A DNA stretch of 64,000 bases from Arcobacteraceae bacterium (GTDB lineage Bacteria > Campylobacterota > Campylobacteria > Campylobacterales > Arcobacteraceae): positions 64,001 to 128,000 of the forward strand of contig CBDCZH010000016.1 of NCBI GenBank assembly GCA_965224485.1. Direction: 5' to 3'. Shown here one piece after another: positions 9,497-20,424 of the stretch; position 1 is the stretch's first letter; the number at the start of each line of letters is the position of its first letter. The notes beneath the pieces were generated by a model. It worked only from the letters and a program-made list of their open reading frames with translations, did no database searches and was not told the DNA's origin. The position numbers and the translations under genes are program-made.

Positions 9497-10348
9497 TTAA
9501 TCTTTTACTAAAGCATATAATGCTTTTATTTCTTCTTCCCAAATTTCATCGTTTATTGTTTCTAAAATCAAAGGAATATCGTCCATTCTTTCATCATTCA
9601 TTATAAATGAAAAAGCATCCCAACCTATTTTTCCAATACCTAAAGAATCATGTCTATCAACTCTACTTCCTAGTTCTGGTTTAGAATCATTTATATGCAT
9701 TCCCATTAAATACTCACGTCCTACAATTTTATCAAAAGCATTCCATGTTTTATCATAAGCTTCACGTGTTCTTATATCATAACCAGCTGTAAACATATGG
9801 CAAGTATCAATGCATACACCCATTCTACTTTTATCATCAACTTTAGAAATAATATGAGCTAGGTGTTCAAACTTATAACCCATGTTTGAGCCTTGCCCTG
9901 CTGTATTCTCAATTACTAATTTTACTTTTGAATTTGGCGTTGCATCTATAACTTTGTTTAAACTTTGGGCAATATTATCTAAGCATTCATCTTCGCTGAT
10001 TTTTCGAAGATGGCTTCCTGGGTGAAAATTAAGTCTATCTAAACTTAGGATATCACAGCGTTGTACCTCATCAACAAAAGCATCATAAGATTTTTCTTTA
10101 CTTTCAAGTACGGGGTGTCCTAGATTAATTAAATATGAGTCATGAGGTAAGATATGTTTAGTTTTGATTCCTGATTTCTCTAACTCAAGAAACCATTTAT
10201 CAATTACTTTACTCTCTAAATCTTTTGCTTTCCACTGTCTTTGGTTTTTTGTAAATAAAGCAAATGCACGAGCACCTATGGCATTTGCGTTTATACAGGC
10301 ATTAAAAACTCCCCCACTTGCACTAACATGTGCTCCAACATATTTCAT
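9497..10348 (-). CDS. nfo: Endonuclease IV
   Basis: Start MKYVGAHVS; motifs [48 protein letters not shown]. Confidence 0.95.
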   Translation of the reverse strand: MKYVGAHVSASGGVFNACINANAIGARAFALFTKNQRQWKAKDLESKVIDKWFLELEKSGIKTKHILPHDSYLINLGHPVLESKEKSYDAFVDEVQRCDILSLDRLNFHPGSHLRKISEDECLDNIAQSLNKVIDATPNSKVKLVIENTAGQGSNMGYKFEHLAHIISKVDDKSRMGVCIDTCHMFTAGYDIRTREAYDKTWNAFDKIVGREYLMGMHINDSKPELGSRVDRHDSLGIGKIGWDAFSFIMNDERMDDIPLILETINDEIWEEEIKALYALVKD

Positions 10349-10461
10349 ATATCTTCCTTCTTTTAATTTATTATAACTATCAACCACAAACCTACTTAAC
10401 TTAAAAATTTACCTACAAACTTACCAACCTACAACTTAAAAACCTATCAACCCACTTAATC

Positions 10462-10857
10462 TCAATCCCTAATAATCTTAATCAAAATCCCATTCACCCT
10501 ATCTCTAAAAATTACAGTTTTATCTTCACTATCAAATAAATCTTTTAAAAAATTTTTCTTATAAGAAGAAGAGAGAAACTCTTTATTGAATGTTTTTAAA
10601 TCTTTACATTTAAAAGTAGATTCACAAACTCTATTCTTATATATCTCTAAGTTTAAAACTGTTTTTCCAGCTTGAAAAATTTGAACTTGAGTATAGTTTT
10701 TAAATTTTGTAATAAAACCTTTATCATAAAATTTCAAAGAAGGTGTTTTTATCAAAATTGTTGCACTTGAGGCTGATACATTTTGTTTTAAACTACATGA
10801 ACTTAAGCACAATATTAATAAAAGTAAAAAAAATTTTGAGCGTAAAATGTTTTGCAA
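10462..10857 (-). CDS. Hypothetical lipoprotein
   Basis: Lipobox LSSC after a hydrophobic stretch; 131 aa. Confidence 0.7.
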   Translation of the reverse strand: MQNILRSKFFLLLLILCLSSCSLKQNVSASSATILIKTPSLKFYDKGFITKFKNYTQVQIFQAGKTVLNLEIYKNRVCESTFKCKDLKTFNKEFLSSSYKKNFLKDLFDSEDKTVIFRDRVNGILIKIIRD

Positions 10858-10924
10858 ATAAGTTCCTCTTCTTTTTTCTTAGATATTTTACTATAATAAC
10901 TTTAAATTAAATAAAAGGTAAATT

Positions 10925-11998
10925 TTGTTTGTACATATCTGCTGTGCTGTAGACAGCCACTATTTTTTAGAAAAACTTCAAGAAGATTATCCCGAGGAAA
11001 CATTAGTTGGGTATTTTTATGACCCAAACATCCAACCTTATAGTGAATATAGACTAAGATTTTTAGATGTTACTTATTCTTGTGGAAAACTTGGTATTGA
11101 ATTACTTGAAGGCCCTTATAATATAGAAAAATGGTTAGAAAAAGTAAAAGGTTTAGAGAATGAACCTGAAAAAGGTGATAGATGTACTGTTTGTTTTGAT
11201 GATAGACTAGAAACTACAGCATTAAAAGCAAAAGAGTTAGGACATGATAAATTTACCTCAACACTATTAATATCTCCTAAAAAATCTCAAGATAAACTAG
11301 AAAAAATTGGAAAAGAATTAACCCTAAAACATAATATCGAGTTTATTTTTAAAGATTATAGATCAGGACAAGGTGCTCAAGAGCAGGCATTAAAAGTAAA
11401 AGAAAACTCTTTGTATAGGCAAAACTATTGTGGTTGTTTATTTGGATTAACACCTCAAAGACTTTATCAAAACAAATTAATGGATGAAATGTTCTCACCT
11501 TTATCTAATCAAGTTTTACCAGAGTCTATTGAGAGCAGACTATCTTTATATGAAAAAAGAAATGAATTAGAAGAAAAAAACATTCCTTTTAAAATCGTTA
11601 AACAAAGATTTTTAAATTATAGAATTTTAAGTGGCACATTAAAAATTGACAATATTGTTGTACCTTCATACTTTTTGTGTTATTCAACCTTACAAAAAGG
11701 TAAAATGAAGGGTCGTATAGAGTATGAAAAAAATGATATTGCTTATTTAAATAAAGATGAAGTTAGAGTTGTAACAATAGATATGTTCAATGACATTAGT
11801 ACTTTTAATTATAGGAATGTAAAAGATTTATTATATAACCCTCCTACTTTTCAAGCAGAGTTAAATATCAGATCTGAAATTGCAAATAATCCTTATGGTT
11901 TATCAACTATTATAATTATTGATAAAATAATAGATGCAAAATATGAGATTAATTTGGATGCCAAAATTTATGAAGATGTTAAAGAAGTGATTATATGA
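10925..11998 (+). CDS. queH: Epoxyqueuosine reductase QueH (DUF208) with C-terminal extension
   Basis: HICCAVDS, FYDPNIQP, EPEKGDRCTVCF, LYRQNYCGCLF. Confidence 0.88.
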   Translation: MFVHICCAVDSHYFLEKLQEDYPEETLVGYFYDPNIQPYSEYRLRFLDVTYSCGKLGIELLEGPYNIEKWLEKVKGLENEPEKGDRCTVCFDDRLETTALKAKELGHDKFTSTLLISPKKSQDKLEKIGKELTLKHNIEFIFKDYRSGQGAQEQALKVKENSLYRQNYCGCLFGLTPQRLYQNKLMDEMFSPLSNQVLPESIESRLSLYEKRNELEEKNIPFKIVKQRFLNYRILSGTLKIDNIVVPSYFLCYSTLQKGKMKGRIEYEKNDIAYLNKDEVRVVTIDMFNDISTFNYRNVKDLLYNPPTFQAELNIRSEIANNPYGLSTIIIIDKIIDAKYEINLDAKIYEDVKEVII

Positions 11999-13038
11999 GA
12001 CTTTTAGTTTGTGCTATGGAAACATCATCAAATATCCACTTAGCCCAGCTAAAAAAACATCTAAGTAGTGATATAGAACTTGTAGGAATCTTTGATAAAA
12101 AACTAGGAAAACCTTCTTATGATTTGGAACAACTTGCAGTTATGGGTTTTATTGATGCATTAAAAAAACTACCTTTTTTTATAAAGTTAAAAAATGAAAT
12201 GGCCGCTTTAGCAAAAGATTGTGACAAAGTTTTACTTATGGATTCTAGTGGGTTTAATCTACCTTTAGCAAAACAGATAAAAAAACTATATCCGCAAAAA
12301 GAAATAATTTATTATATCCTTCCTCAAGCTTGGGCTTGGAAACAAGCTAGAATTCCAAAAATAGAAGCTTTTTGTGATACTTTATGCTCAATCTTGCCTT
12401 TTGAAAAAGAGTATTACAGTAAAAAAGATATGATTTCTTATGTGGGGCATCCTTTATTAGATGAAATCAAAACATTTAAAACTAGACATGAGTTAACAAA
12501 CAAAATTGTTTTCATGCCAGGCTCACGTAAAACAGAAATCACAAATTTAATGCCAATTTTTAAAGAGCTAATTCTTTTACTTCCTAAAAAAGAGTTTATT
12601 TTAATAATTCCTTCCAAATTTGAAGAAGATTATATAAACAAAGTTTATGGAGATATAAGCTCATTTACAATTTCTACAGATGCACACAAAAGTTTAGAGC
12701 AAGCAGAATATGCATTTATCTGCTCAGGAACTGCCACTTTAGAAGCTGCATTAATAGGAACACCTTTTACTCTCTCTTATATTGCAAAAAAACTTGATTT
12801 TTTTATAGGAAAAATGCTTGTAAAACTTTCTCATGTTGGTTTGGCAAATATATTTTTTGATAAAATGGGTAAAAAAGAGATACATAGTGAGTTTTTACAA
12901 GAAGAAGTAAGTGCACAAAACCTATATAAGGACTATATGTCCCTTGATAAAGAACAATTTATAAAAAATTCTCTAATCTTAAGAACTTACCTAAAAAATG
13001 GTTCTTCTTCTAATGTTGCAAAAATACTTCAAAAGTAA
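11995..13038 (+). CDS. lpxB: Lipid-A-disaccharide synthase
   Basis: LAVMGF, PQAWAWK, ILPFE, YVGHPL, MPGSRK, SGTATLEAAL. Confidence 0.95.
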   Translation: MRLLVCAMETSSNIHLAQLKKHLSSDIELVGIFDKKLGKPSYDLEQLAVMGFIDALKKLPFFIKLKNEMAALAKDCDKVLLMDSSGFNLPLAKQIKKLYPQKEIIYYILPQAWAWKQARIPKIEAFCDTLCSILPFEKEYYSKKDMISYVGHPLLDEIKTFKTRHELTNKIVFMPGSRKTEITNLMPIFKELILLLPKKEFILIIPSKFEEDYINKVYGDISSFTISTDAHKSLEQAEYAFICSGTATLEAALIGTPFTLSYIAKKLDFFIGKMLVKLSHVGLANIFFDKMGKKEIHSEFLQEEVSAQNLYKDYMSLDKEQFIKNSLILRTYLKNGSSSNVAKILQK

Positions 13039-13119
13039 ATTATAAAAAACGTTATTCTAATAAATTTTTAGATAAAATAAATATCATTATGACAATTAAG
13101 AAAATATATAGGATAATAA

Positions 13120-13569
13120 ATGTTAGATATAACTCAAATACAAGAAATACTTCCTCATAGATACCCACTTTTATTAGTTGATAGAATTACAGATATGGAA
13201 AAAGGTAAAATCATTCATGGTTTTAAAAATATCTCTATTTCTGAACCAGCTTTTCAAGGACACTTTCCAGGGCATCCAATTTACCCAGGAGTAATGATAC
13301 TTGAAGGTATGGCACAAGCAGGTGGAATTTTAGCCTTAAAGAGTAATGACTTAACAAACGAAGAGTTAAAAAATAAAGTAATATATTTTATGAGTATTGA
13401 TAAAGCAAAATTTAGAGCCCCTGTAACTCCAGGTGATAGACTAGATTATGTTATAGCAATTATTAAACTAAGAGGAAATTTAATTGTTCTTGATGGTAAA
13501 GCGTATGTAAATGATAAACTAGTTGCTCAGGCTGAACTTAAAGCTATGATAGTAGATAAAGAGCAATAA
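13120..13569 (+). CDS. fabZ: 3-hydroxyacyl-ACP dehydratase
   Basis: [34 protein letters not shown]. Confidence 0.97.
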   Translation: MLDITQIQEILPHRYPLLLVDRITDMEKGKIIHGFKNISISEPAFQGHFPGHPIYPGVMILEGMAQAGGILALKSNDLTNEELKNKVIYFMSIDKAKFRAPVTPGDRLDYVIAIIKLRGNLIVLDGKAYVNDKLVAQAELKAMIVDKEQ

Positions 13570-13574
13570 AAGAT

Positions 13575-14354
13575 ATGAATAATATTCACAAAACTGCAAT
13601 TATTGAAGATGGTGCTATTCTTGGCGAAAATGTAACAATTGGAGCTTATAGCATAATAGGAAAAGATGTAAAAATTGGAAACAATAATACTATAGCTTCT
13701 CATACTGTAATAACAGGAAAAACTATTATTGGAGATGATAATACAATTTATTCTCATGCAGCACTAGGATCTGAACCACAAGATTTAAAATTTGATGGTG
13801 AAGAAGTTGAACTTCATATAGGAAATGGAAATAAAATTAGAGAATTTACTCTTTTTAATCCAGGAACTAAAGGTGGAGGAGCAATTACAACAATAGGTGA
13901 TAATAATCTTTTTATGGGTTATACTCATGTTGCGCATGATGTAATCATTGGAAATTCCTGTGTTTTTGCAAATGTAGCTACATTAGCAGGACATGTTGTT
14001 GTTGGTAACAATGTTGTTGTTGGAGGATTAACTCCTATTCATCAATTTTGTAAGCTTGGGTCAAATGCTATGATAGCTGGTGGTTCTGTGGTAACACAGG
14101 ATATTCCACCTTTTACTTTAGCAGAAGGAAATCGTGCAGTTTTAAGAGGTCTTAATCTAAATGGTTTAAGACGAGCTTTTAAAAGAGAAGAAATAAACTC
14201 TATTAAAAAAGCTTATAAAGATATTTTTGAATCAGGCAATCCAATTGCTGAAGTTTCACAAGACTTAATCAAACAAGATATAAACAAGTACGTAAATGAA
14301 TTAGCTACGTTTGTAATAAATACAAAACGTGGAATACCTTTTAATAAAAAATAG
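13575..14354 (+). CDS. lpxA: UDP-N-acetylglucosamine O-acyltransferase
   Basis: Hexapeptide repeats, PQDLKF, HVAHD, TLAGHV, HQFC. Confidence 0.97.
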   Translation: MNNIHKTAIIEDGAILGENVTIGAYSIIGKDVKIGNNNTIASHTVITGKTIIGDDNTIYSHAALGSEPQDLKFDGEEVELHIGNGNKIREFTLFNPGTKGGGAITTIGDNNLFMGYTHVAHDVIIGNSCVFANVATLAGHVVVGNNVVVGGLTPIHQFCKLGSNAMIAGGSVVTQDIPPFTLAEGNRAVLRGLNLNGLRRAFKREEINSIKKAYKDIFESGNPIAEVSQDLIKQDINKYVNELATFVINTKRGIPFNKK

Positions 14355-14370
14355 GAGAGAATCTTAAATT

Positions 14371-15588
14371 ATGAGTAAATTAACATGCGACTTTTGTGGA
14401 ATAGAAGATAATTCTACAAACCCAATAATTTCAGGAGATAATGCTTGCATTTGTCAATCTTGTGTAAATGCTGCACATGATATTATGAATACAAATACAC
14501 CTGAAAACAAAAAATTTAATGAAGAAATTCAAGCAGAAAAAGAAACAGTAACACTTTTGGCTCCAAAAGAGTTAAAAGCTATTTTAGATGAGTATGTAAT
14601 AGGACAAGATAGAGCTAAAAAAGTTTTAGCAGTAGCTGTTTACAATCATTATAAAAGAATTTTTAGAAAAGAAGAGCATGGAGGAGTTGAGATTAACAAA
14701 TCTAATGTTTTATTAATCGGACCAACTGGTTCTGGTAAAACTTTACTTGCTCAAACAATAGCTAAGTATCTTGATGTTCCTTTAGCAATCGCTGATGCTA
14801 CTTCTTTAACAGAAGCTGGTTATGTTGGGGATGATGTTGAAAATGTAGTAACAAGACTTGTTCAAGCTGCTAATGGAGATATTAAAAAAGCTGAAACTGG
14901 AATAATTTTTATTGATGAAATTGATAAAATTGCAAGAATGAGTGAAAACAGATCTATAACTAGAGATGTTTCAGGAGAAGGTGTACAGCAAGCAATGCTT
15001 AAAATTATTGAAGGTGCTGTTATTAATGTACCACCAAAAGGTGGAAGAAAACATCCTGGTCAAGAAGCACTTCAAGTTGATACTACAAATATCTTATTTA
15101 TTTGTGGTGGGGCTTTTGATGGTTTAGAAGATATTATTAAGAAAAAACAATCTGGTAATACTTTAGGTTTTAATCAAGAGAAAAAAACCAAACAAGAACA
15201 AAGTGAAATTATTTCTTTAGTTGAAGCTGATGATTTAGTAAAATATGGTTTGATCCCTGAGTTAATTGGACGATTACATATGATTACTACTTTAAGTGAA
15301 ATAGACGAAGATGCTATGATTCATATTTTAACAGAACCCAAAAATGCCTTAGTTAAACAATATGAAAAACTTTTTGCTATGGATGATGTTAAACTAAAGT
15401 TTGATAAAGCTTCATTAAAACAAATTGCAAAAAAAGCAATTGAGAGAAAAACAGGTGCAAGAGGATTAAGATCAATTTTAGAAGATATTATGCTTGATAT
15501 TATGTTTAATTTACCTGATTATAAAGATAAAACAATTACTATAACAAAAGATGTTGTAAATAAAGAAAAAGAGCCTAAAATAGCTTAA
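14371..15588 (+). CDS. clpX: ATP-dependent Clp protease ATPase subunit
   Basis: N-terminal C4 zinc finger, [41 protein letters not shown]. Confidence 0.97.
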   Translation: MSKLTCDFCGIEDNSTNPIISGDNACICQSCVNAAHDIMNTNTPENKKFNEEIQAEKETVTLLAPKELKAILDEYVIGQDRAKKVLAVAVYNHYKRIFRKEEHGGVEINKSNVLLIGPTGSGKTLLAQTIAKYLDVPLAIADATSLTEAGYVGDDVENVVTRLVQAANGDIKKAETGIIFIDEIDKIARMSENRSITRDVSGEGVQQAMLKIIEGAVINVPPKGGRKHPGQEALQVDTTNILFICGGAFDGLEDIIKKKQSGNTLGFNQEKKTKQEQSEIISLVEADDLVKYGLIPELIGRLHMITTLSEIDEDAMIHILTEPKNALVKQYEKLFAMDDVKLKFDKASLKQIAKKAIERKTGARGLRSILEDIMLDIMFNLPDYKDKTITITKDVVNKEKEPKIA

Positions 15589-15612
15589 ATTATATAAAGG
15601 GAGTGGGAATAT

Positions 15613-16644
15613 ATGTTTTTAGATAAATTAATTGGATTTTTTTCAAATGATATGGCAATTGACTTAGGAACTGCAAATACAATTGTTTCTGTAAAAGGAA
15701 AAGGGATTATTATAAATGAGCCCTCTGTTGTTGCTGTTCAGACAGATAGATATGGAAGAGACAAAATATTAGCTGTTGGGCAAGAAGCAAAACAGATGAT
15801 AGGGAAAACGCCTCTAAATATAACAGCTGTAAGACCTATGAAAGATGGAGTTATTGCAGATTTTGAAATGACTGAGAGAATGATTAGATATTTCATTGAA
15901 AAAGCACATTCAAGAAAATCTTTTATCCGTCCTAGAATTATTATTTGTATTCCTTATGGTATTACTCAAGTTGAGAGAAAAGCTGTAAAAGAGTCTGCTT
16001 TGAGTGCAGGAGCTAGAGAAGTATTTTTAGTAGAAGAACCAATGGCAGCTGCTATTGGTGCTGGAATTCCAGTATCTGATCCTTCTGGTTATGTTGTTGT
16101 TGATATTGGAGGAGGAACTACAGAAATTGGAGTTACTTCTTTAGGTGGACTTGTATTATCAAAATCAATTAAAGTTGCTGGGGATAGATGTGATAAAGCA
16201 ATTATTGATTATGTTAGACAAAACTATAACCTTTATATTGGAGAGAGAACTGCTGAATCAATTAAAATTGAAATCGGAACTGCTGTAAAATTAGATAAAG
16301 AGTTAAAAATCAGAGTTAAAGGTAGAGATAACTCAGGTCTTTTATCAACTATTGAATTAGGTAGTGAAGGTGTTAGAACTGCGATTAAAGAACCTCTAAG
16401 AGAGATAGTTTCTGCTGTTCGTTCTGTTTTAGAAGATATGCCACCTGATTTAGCTGGTGATGTTGTTGATAATGGAGTTATTTTAACAGGTGGTGGGGCA
16501 TTGATTCGTGGTCTTGATACGTATTTAGCTGATATTATTAAACTACCTGTAAAAGTTGCAGATGAGCCTTTATTAGCTGTTGCTTATGGAACATCTGCTG
16601 TTTTAAATGAAGAAGGATTATTAAAAATAATTTCTAATGAATAA
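15613..16644 (+). CDS. mreB: Rod shape-determining actin homologue
   Basis: IDLGTANT, EPSVVA, EEPMAAAIGAG, DIGGGTTE, LTGGGAL. Confidence 0.97.
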   Translation: MFLDKLIGFFSNDMAIDLGTANTIVSVKGKGIIINEPSVVAVQTDRYGRDKILAVGQEAKQMIGKTPLNITAVRPMKDGVIADFEMTERMIRYFIEKAHSRKSFIRPRIIICIPYGITQVERKAVKESALSAGAREVFLVEEPMAAAIGAGIPVSDPSGYVVVDIGGGTTEIGVTSLGGLVLSKSIKVAGDRCDKAIIDYVRQNYNLYIGERTAESIKIEIGTAVKLDKELKIRVKGRDNSGLLSTIELGSEGVRTAIKEPLREIVSAVRSVLEDMPPDLAGDVVDNGVILTGGGALIRGLDTYLADIIKLPVKVADEPLLAVAYGTSAVLNEEGLLKIISNE

Positions 16645-17473
16645 GGTACTCTTTTTTCTACTACTTATTATCACTGGGCTTGTTTATATTTTTAATATAG
16701 ATAAGTCTCTTAGTGACAAATTTACTATAATAAATACTTTCAAACAAAATTATTTAGAAAAAATGCTTACAGTAAGTAATAATATTGAAAAGTATTTTTA
16801 TCAAGCAAGTAATATTGAAAAACTAAAAGAAGAAAACAAACAATTAAAACGATTCCAAGCTTTATATTTAAATAGCAAATACAATTTAAAAGAACTAGAA
16901 GAATCAACTTCGTACTCTTTAAATGAAAATTATGAAGTAGTACGCTCAAGAGTTATTTCATATGTTAATTTTGATGATTATACTAAAGTATGGTTAGATA
17001 GCGCAAAACAAGATGAGCAAATACAAGGTTTGATTTTAGATGATTTTGCTGCTGGTATTGTTATAAAAAAATCAAATAAAGCTCTTGCTTTATTAAATGG
17101 AAATGAAAAAGCTAATTATACTGTTTATATTGGAAGTAAAAAAGCACCTGGTATTGTTCATAACTATAAAAGAAATTATTTAAAAATTAAATTTGTACCA
17201 ATTTGGATTGATATTAATATTGGAGATGAAGTTATTACTTCTGGTATGGATAATATATTCTTTGAGGGTTTAAAAGTTGGAAAAGTAATTTCAATTAATA
17301 AAATGGCTGATATGCAAGAAGCTATTATTAAACCTTATGCAAAAGTATTACAAGAAAAATATTTTTATATTTATTCACATAATATAAAATTAAAAGAAAC
17401 TACTTCAAAAGATAAGACCATAGAAACTATAAAAACAAAAGAAAAATTAAAACGTCCTAATAAGAAGCCATAA
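16637..17473 (+). CDS. mreC: Rod shape-determining protein MreC
   Basis: Follows mreB; TM helix, coiled coil, GDEVITSGMDNIFFEGLKVGKV. Confidence 0.92.
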   Translation: MNKVLFFLLLIITGLVYIFNIDKSLSDKFTIINTFKQNYLEKMLTVSNNIEKYFYQASNIEKLKEENKQLKRFQALYLNSKYNLKELEESTSYSLNENYEVVRSRVISYVNFDDYTKVWLDSAKQDEQIQGLILDDFAAGIVIKKSNKALALLNGNEKANYTVYIGSKKAPGIVHNYKRNYLKIKFVPIWIDINIGDEVITSGMDNIFFEGLKVGKVISINKMADMQEAIIKPYAKVLQEKYFYIYSHNIKLKETTSKDKTIETIKTKEKLKRPNKKP

Positions 17474-18074
17474 CTTGATCAACTGATTCCCAAGATATAT
17501 CTTTATCCTTAGTTTTATTCGAGAAAATATTGTAAACATAACGAGCAAACATATCTGTTTCAATATTTACACAAGAGCCTACTTTATATGTTTTAAAAAG
17601 TGTATTATTTATTGTATGAGGAATAATAGTTAATCTAAAAGAATCCTTTGATATCTCATTCACGGTCAAGGACACCCCATCAATCGTAATAGAACCTTTA
17701 GAAATTATAAACTTTGTATATTCACTAGGCAAAGAAATTATAAAATCACTAGAATTACCACTTTTATTAATTGCAATGATTTTACCAATACAATCAACAT
17801 GACCTTGAACTATATGACCTTCAAATCTATCTCCCATCATCATAGCTGGTTCAATATGAACCTTTCCCTTATAATTATTAAGAGCTAGTACTTTTTGTGA
17901 TTCAGGAGAAAGCTCAACGCAAAATGTACCACTTGTTACTCTAACTACCGTTAAACAAGCCCCATTTATTGCAATTGAGTCTCCGATTTTTGGAATATAT
18001 TTTGCTTTTATACTTAAAACAGAGTTTTGTAAGCTTAATACTTCTGCTACTTCACGAATTAATCCTGTAAACAC
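17457..18074 (-). CDS. ribE: Riboflavin synthase (alpha chain)
   Basis: MFTGLI start, GDSIAINGACLTV, GHIVQGHVD, KGSITIDGVSLTV. Confidence 0.96.
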   Translation of the reverse strand: MFTGLIREVAEVLSLQNSVLSIKAKYIPKIGDSIAINGACLTVVRVTSGTFCVELSPESQKVLALNNYKGKVHIEPAMMMGDRFEGHIVQGHVDCIGKIIAINKSGNSSDFIISLPSEYTKFIISKGSITIDGVSLTVNEISKDSFRLTIIPHTINNTLFKTYKVGSCVNIETDMFARYVYNIFSNKTKDKDISWESVDQVMASY

Positions 18075-18243
18075 TAGTACCCTTTATAAAATTTATGTAA
18101 AATTCGAATTATTAGGTATAATACCGAAAATCTATTAAGAAGCCAATTTTTACTATCAAATACAAACAATTACCAAAAGCTTTTTAATACAAAAAATAGA
18201 GAAAATATCAAATACTTAAGCACTAGCTTAAAACTGATATGAA

Positions 18244-18361
18244 AAAAAGTTCAATTTTAGAATAGTTCAAGGCAGAGGAGATATTAAGACAGGAGCATAC
18301 TTCAGTATGTGAGTGTTTTAATATCGACGATAACGCAGAAATCTTCTAAAAGTGGGCTTTT
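18244..18361. repeat. ~118-bp nested palindromic element (RPE/MITE-like or structured RNA)
   Basis: Outer arms AAAAGTTCAATTTTAGAA / TTCTAAAAGTGGGCTTTT; inner arms GATATTAAGACA / TGTTTTAATATC; apical CATAC-TTCA-GTATG; visibly more GC-rich than the surrounding intergenic DNA. Confidence 0.65.
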
Positions 18362-18374
18362 AAAAAGGGAAAAT

Positions 18375-20261
18375 ATGAAATATGATGTTATTGTTGTAGG
18401 CGGTGGCCATGCTGGAATTGAAGCATCTTTAGCCTGTGCAAGAATGGGTAAAAACACTCTTTTAATTACAATGCTTGTTGAACAAATAGGAGCTGCTTCT
18501 TGTAATCCTGCTATTGGAGGATTGGCTAAGGGACATTTAGTACGTGAACTTGATGCCATTGGTGGTGAGATGGGCTTATGCACTGATTATTCTGGAATAC
18601 AATTTAGAATTTTAAATGCTTCTAAGGGTGCGGCTGTGCAAGGAAGTCGTGCTCAAATTGATATGGATAAATATAGAGAGTATATGAGAAAAGTTTGTCA
18701 TAATACTATAAATCTAGAAGTATATCAAGATGAAGTATCCCAACTTATTTTAAATGAAAAAAAAGAAGTTTCTGGAGTTCATACAAAACTAGGGGAAGAA
18801 ATACAAGCCTTAAAAGTAATTATTACAAGTGGTACTTTTATGAAAGGTCTAATTCATATAGGTGAAAAAACTTATGAAGCTGGACGTGCTTGGGAACTAG
18901 CTTCAACAACTTTATCGACACAATTAAAAGAGCTTGACTTAAATGTAGGCCGATTAAAAACAGGAACTCCTGCTAGAATTGATGGAAACTCTATTGATTT
19001 TTCACAAATGGATGAACATGGAGGTGATGAGAAACCAACACCTTTTTCTTTTAGAACAAATAAAGAAGAGTTTAACCCTACTCAACACCCATGTTATATT
19101 ACGTATACAAACTTAGGAACACATGATACTATTTCTTCAAACTTTGATAGAGCTCCTTTATTTACAGGACAAATTCAAGGAAGTGGTCCAAGGTACTGTC
19201 CTAGTATTGAAGATAAAGTAAATAGATTTTCAGAACGTGATCGTCATCAACTATTTTTAGAACCACAAACTGAAATGAAAACAGAATATTATATAAATGG
19301 CCTTTCAACTTCAATGCCTATTGATGTACAAAAAACTATGATTCATTCAATAAAAGGTTTACAAAATGCCAAAATCATTAGATATGGTTATGCTATTGAG
19401 TATGATTATGTTGATCCAACGGAGTTAAAACATACCTTAGAAACTAAAAAAGTAAATAACTTATATTTAGCTGGTCAAATAAATGCAACAACAGGATATG
19501 AAGAAGCAGCAGCCCAAGGACTAATGGCTGGAATTAATGCGGCACTTGCAATTGAGGGCAAAGAACCTTTTATTTTAAGACGTGATGAGGCTTATATTGC
19601 AGTTTTAATCGATGATTTAGTTACAAAAGGAACAACTGAACCTTATAGAATGTTTACATCAAGAGCTGAATATAGACTTCTTTTAAGAGAAGAAGGTGCT
19701 GATGTAAGACTTAGTGCTTATGGACATAAGTTTGGTTTAATTAATGATGAAACTATGGAAAAAGTAAACATTAAAAAGAATATTATAAATGAAGCAGTAG
19801 AATTTATGAAAGATGAATGGTTCACTTCAAAAAAAGAAAACTTAGAACTATTAGAAGAGCTTAAACAAGATAAGATAAAAGATAGAGTTTTACTTTTAGA
19901 TTTAGTTGGAAGAAGTACTATTAATACAGCAGCTTTTGATGCACTTGTTCCTAAATACAAAGATTTAGATACTTATACAAAAGAGCAAATTATAATTGAA
20001 GCAAAATATTATAGATATGTTCAAAAGCAAAAAAAACAGATTGAAAAAATGAAAAAAATGCTCAAGCTAAAAATACCAGCTAATTTTAAATACAAAGATA
20101 TTCCTGGTTTATCAAATGAAGCAGTAGAAAAACTAGAAAAGTTCAAGCCCCCAACACTTTTTAATGCAAGTGAAATCTCTGGTCTAACACCTGCTGCTTT
20201 AGATATTATTCATTTATACATAAATTTAAAATCTTCTAAAAAAAGTAAGTACTTAAACTAA
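18375..20261 (+). CDS. mnmG: tRNA uridine-5-carboxymethylaminomethyl modification enzyme (GidA)
   Basis: Start [17 protein letters not shown] after [43 protein letters not shown]. Confidence 0.97.
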   Translation: MKYDVIVVGGGHAGIEASLACARMGKNTLLITMLVEQIGAASCNPAIGGLAKGHLVRELDAIGGEMGLCTDYSGIQFRILNASKGAAVQGSRAQIDMDKYREYMRKVCHNTINLEVYQDEVSQLILNEKKEVSGVHTKLGEEIQALKVIITSGTFMKGLIHIGEKTYEAGRAWELASTTLSTQLKELDLNVGRLKTGTPARIDGNSIDFSQMDEHGGDEKPTPFSFRTNKEEFNPTQHPCYITYTNLGTHDTISSNFDRAPLFTGQIQGSGPRYCPSIEDKVNRFSERDRHQLFLEPQTEMKTEYYINGLSTSMPIDVQKTMIHSIKGLQNAKIIRYGYAIEYDYVDPTELKHTLETKKVNNLYLAGQINATTGYEEAAAQGLMAGINAALAIEGKEPFILRRDEAYIAVLIDDLVTKGTTEPYRMFTSRAEYRLLLREEGADVRLSAYGHKFGLINDETMEKVNIKKNIINEAVEFMKDEWFTSKKENLELLEELKQDKIKDRVLLLDLVGRSTINTAAFDALVPKYKDLDTYTKEQIIIEAKYYRYVQKQKKQIEKMKKMLKLKIPANFKYKDIPGLSNEAVEKLEKFKPPTLFNASEISGLTPAALDIIHLYINLKSSKKSKYLN

Positions 20262-20274
20262 ATTTTTTATACAA

Positions 20275-20308
20275 GTAATCTATTTTCATATATATGAGAA
20301 TAGATTAC
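20275..20308 (+). terminator. Hairpin after mnmG
   Basis: GTAATCTATTTTCATA / TATGAGAATAGATTAC inverted repeat. Confidence 0.55.
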
Positions 20309-20424
20309 ATAAACAAAGGTTTACTACTTTTAACAAAATGAATCATCTCTTAAAAGTACTATATTATATAATTTGAGATATACTTTTAGAACTAAGTAAG
20401 AAATGAGTAAAATCAATTAAACAT

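Noticed and set aside
10925..11998. QueH with CCAVDS motif and long C-terminal extension as a novel fusion
   Set aside because: As I recall, this longer form is usual for Campylobacterota QueH homologues
18075..18374. Possible oriC next to mnmG/gidA, or an FMN riboswitch for ribE
   Set aside because: No cluster of DnaA boxes seen and no dnaA nearby; no FMN riboswitch consensus recognised
18309..18374. N-terminal extension of MnmG in the ORF track
   Set aside because: Derives from the palindromic element; RBS and family start fit ATG at 18375
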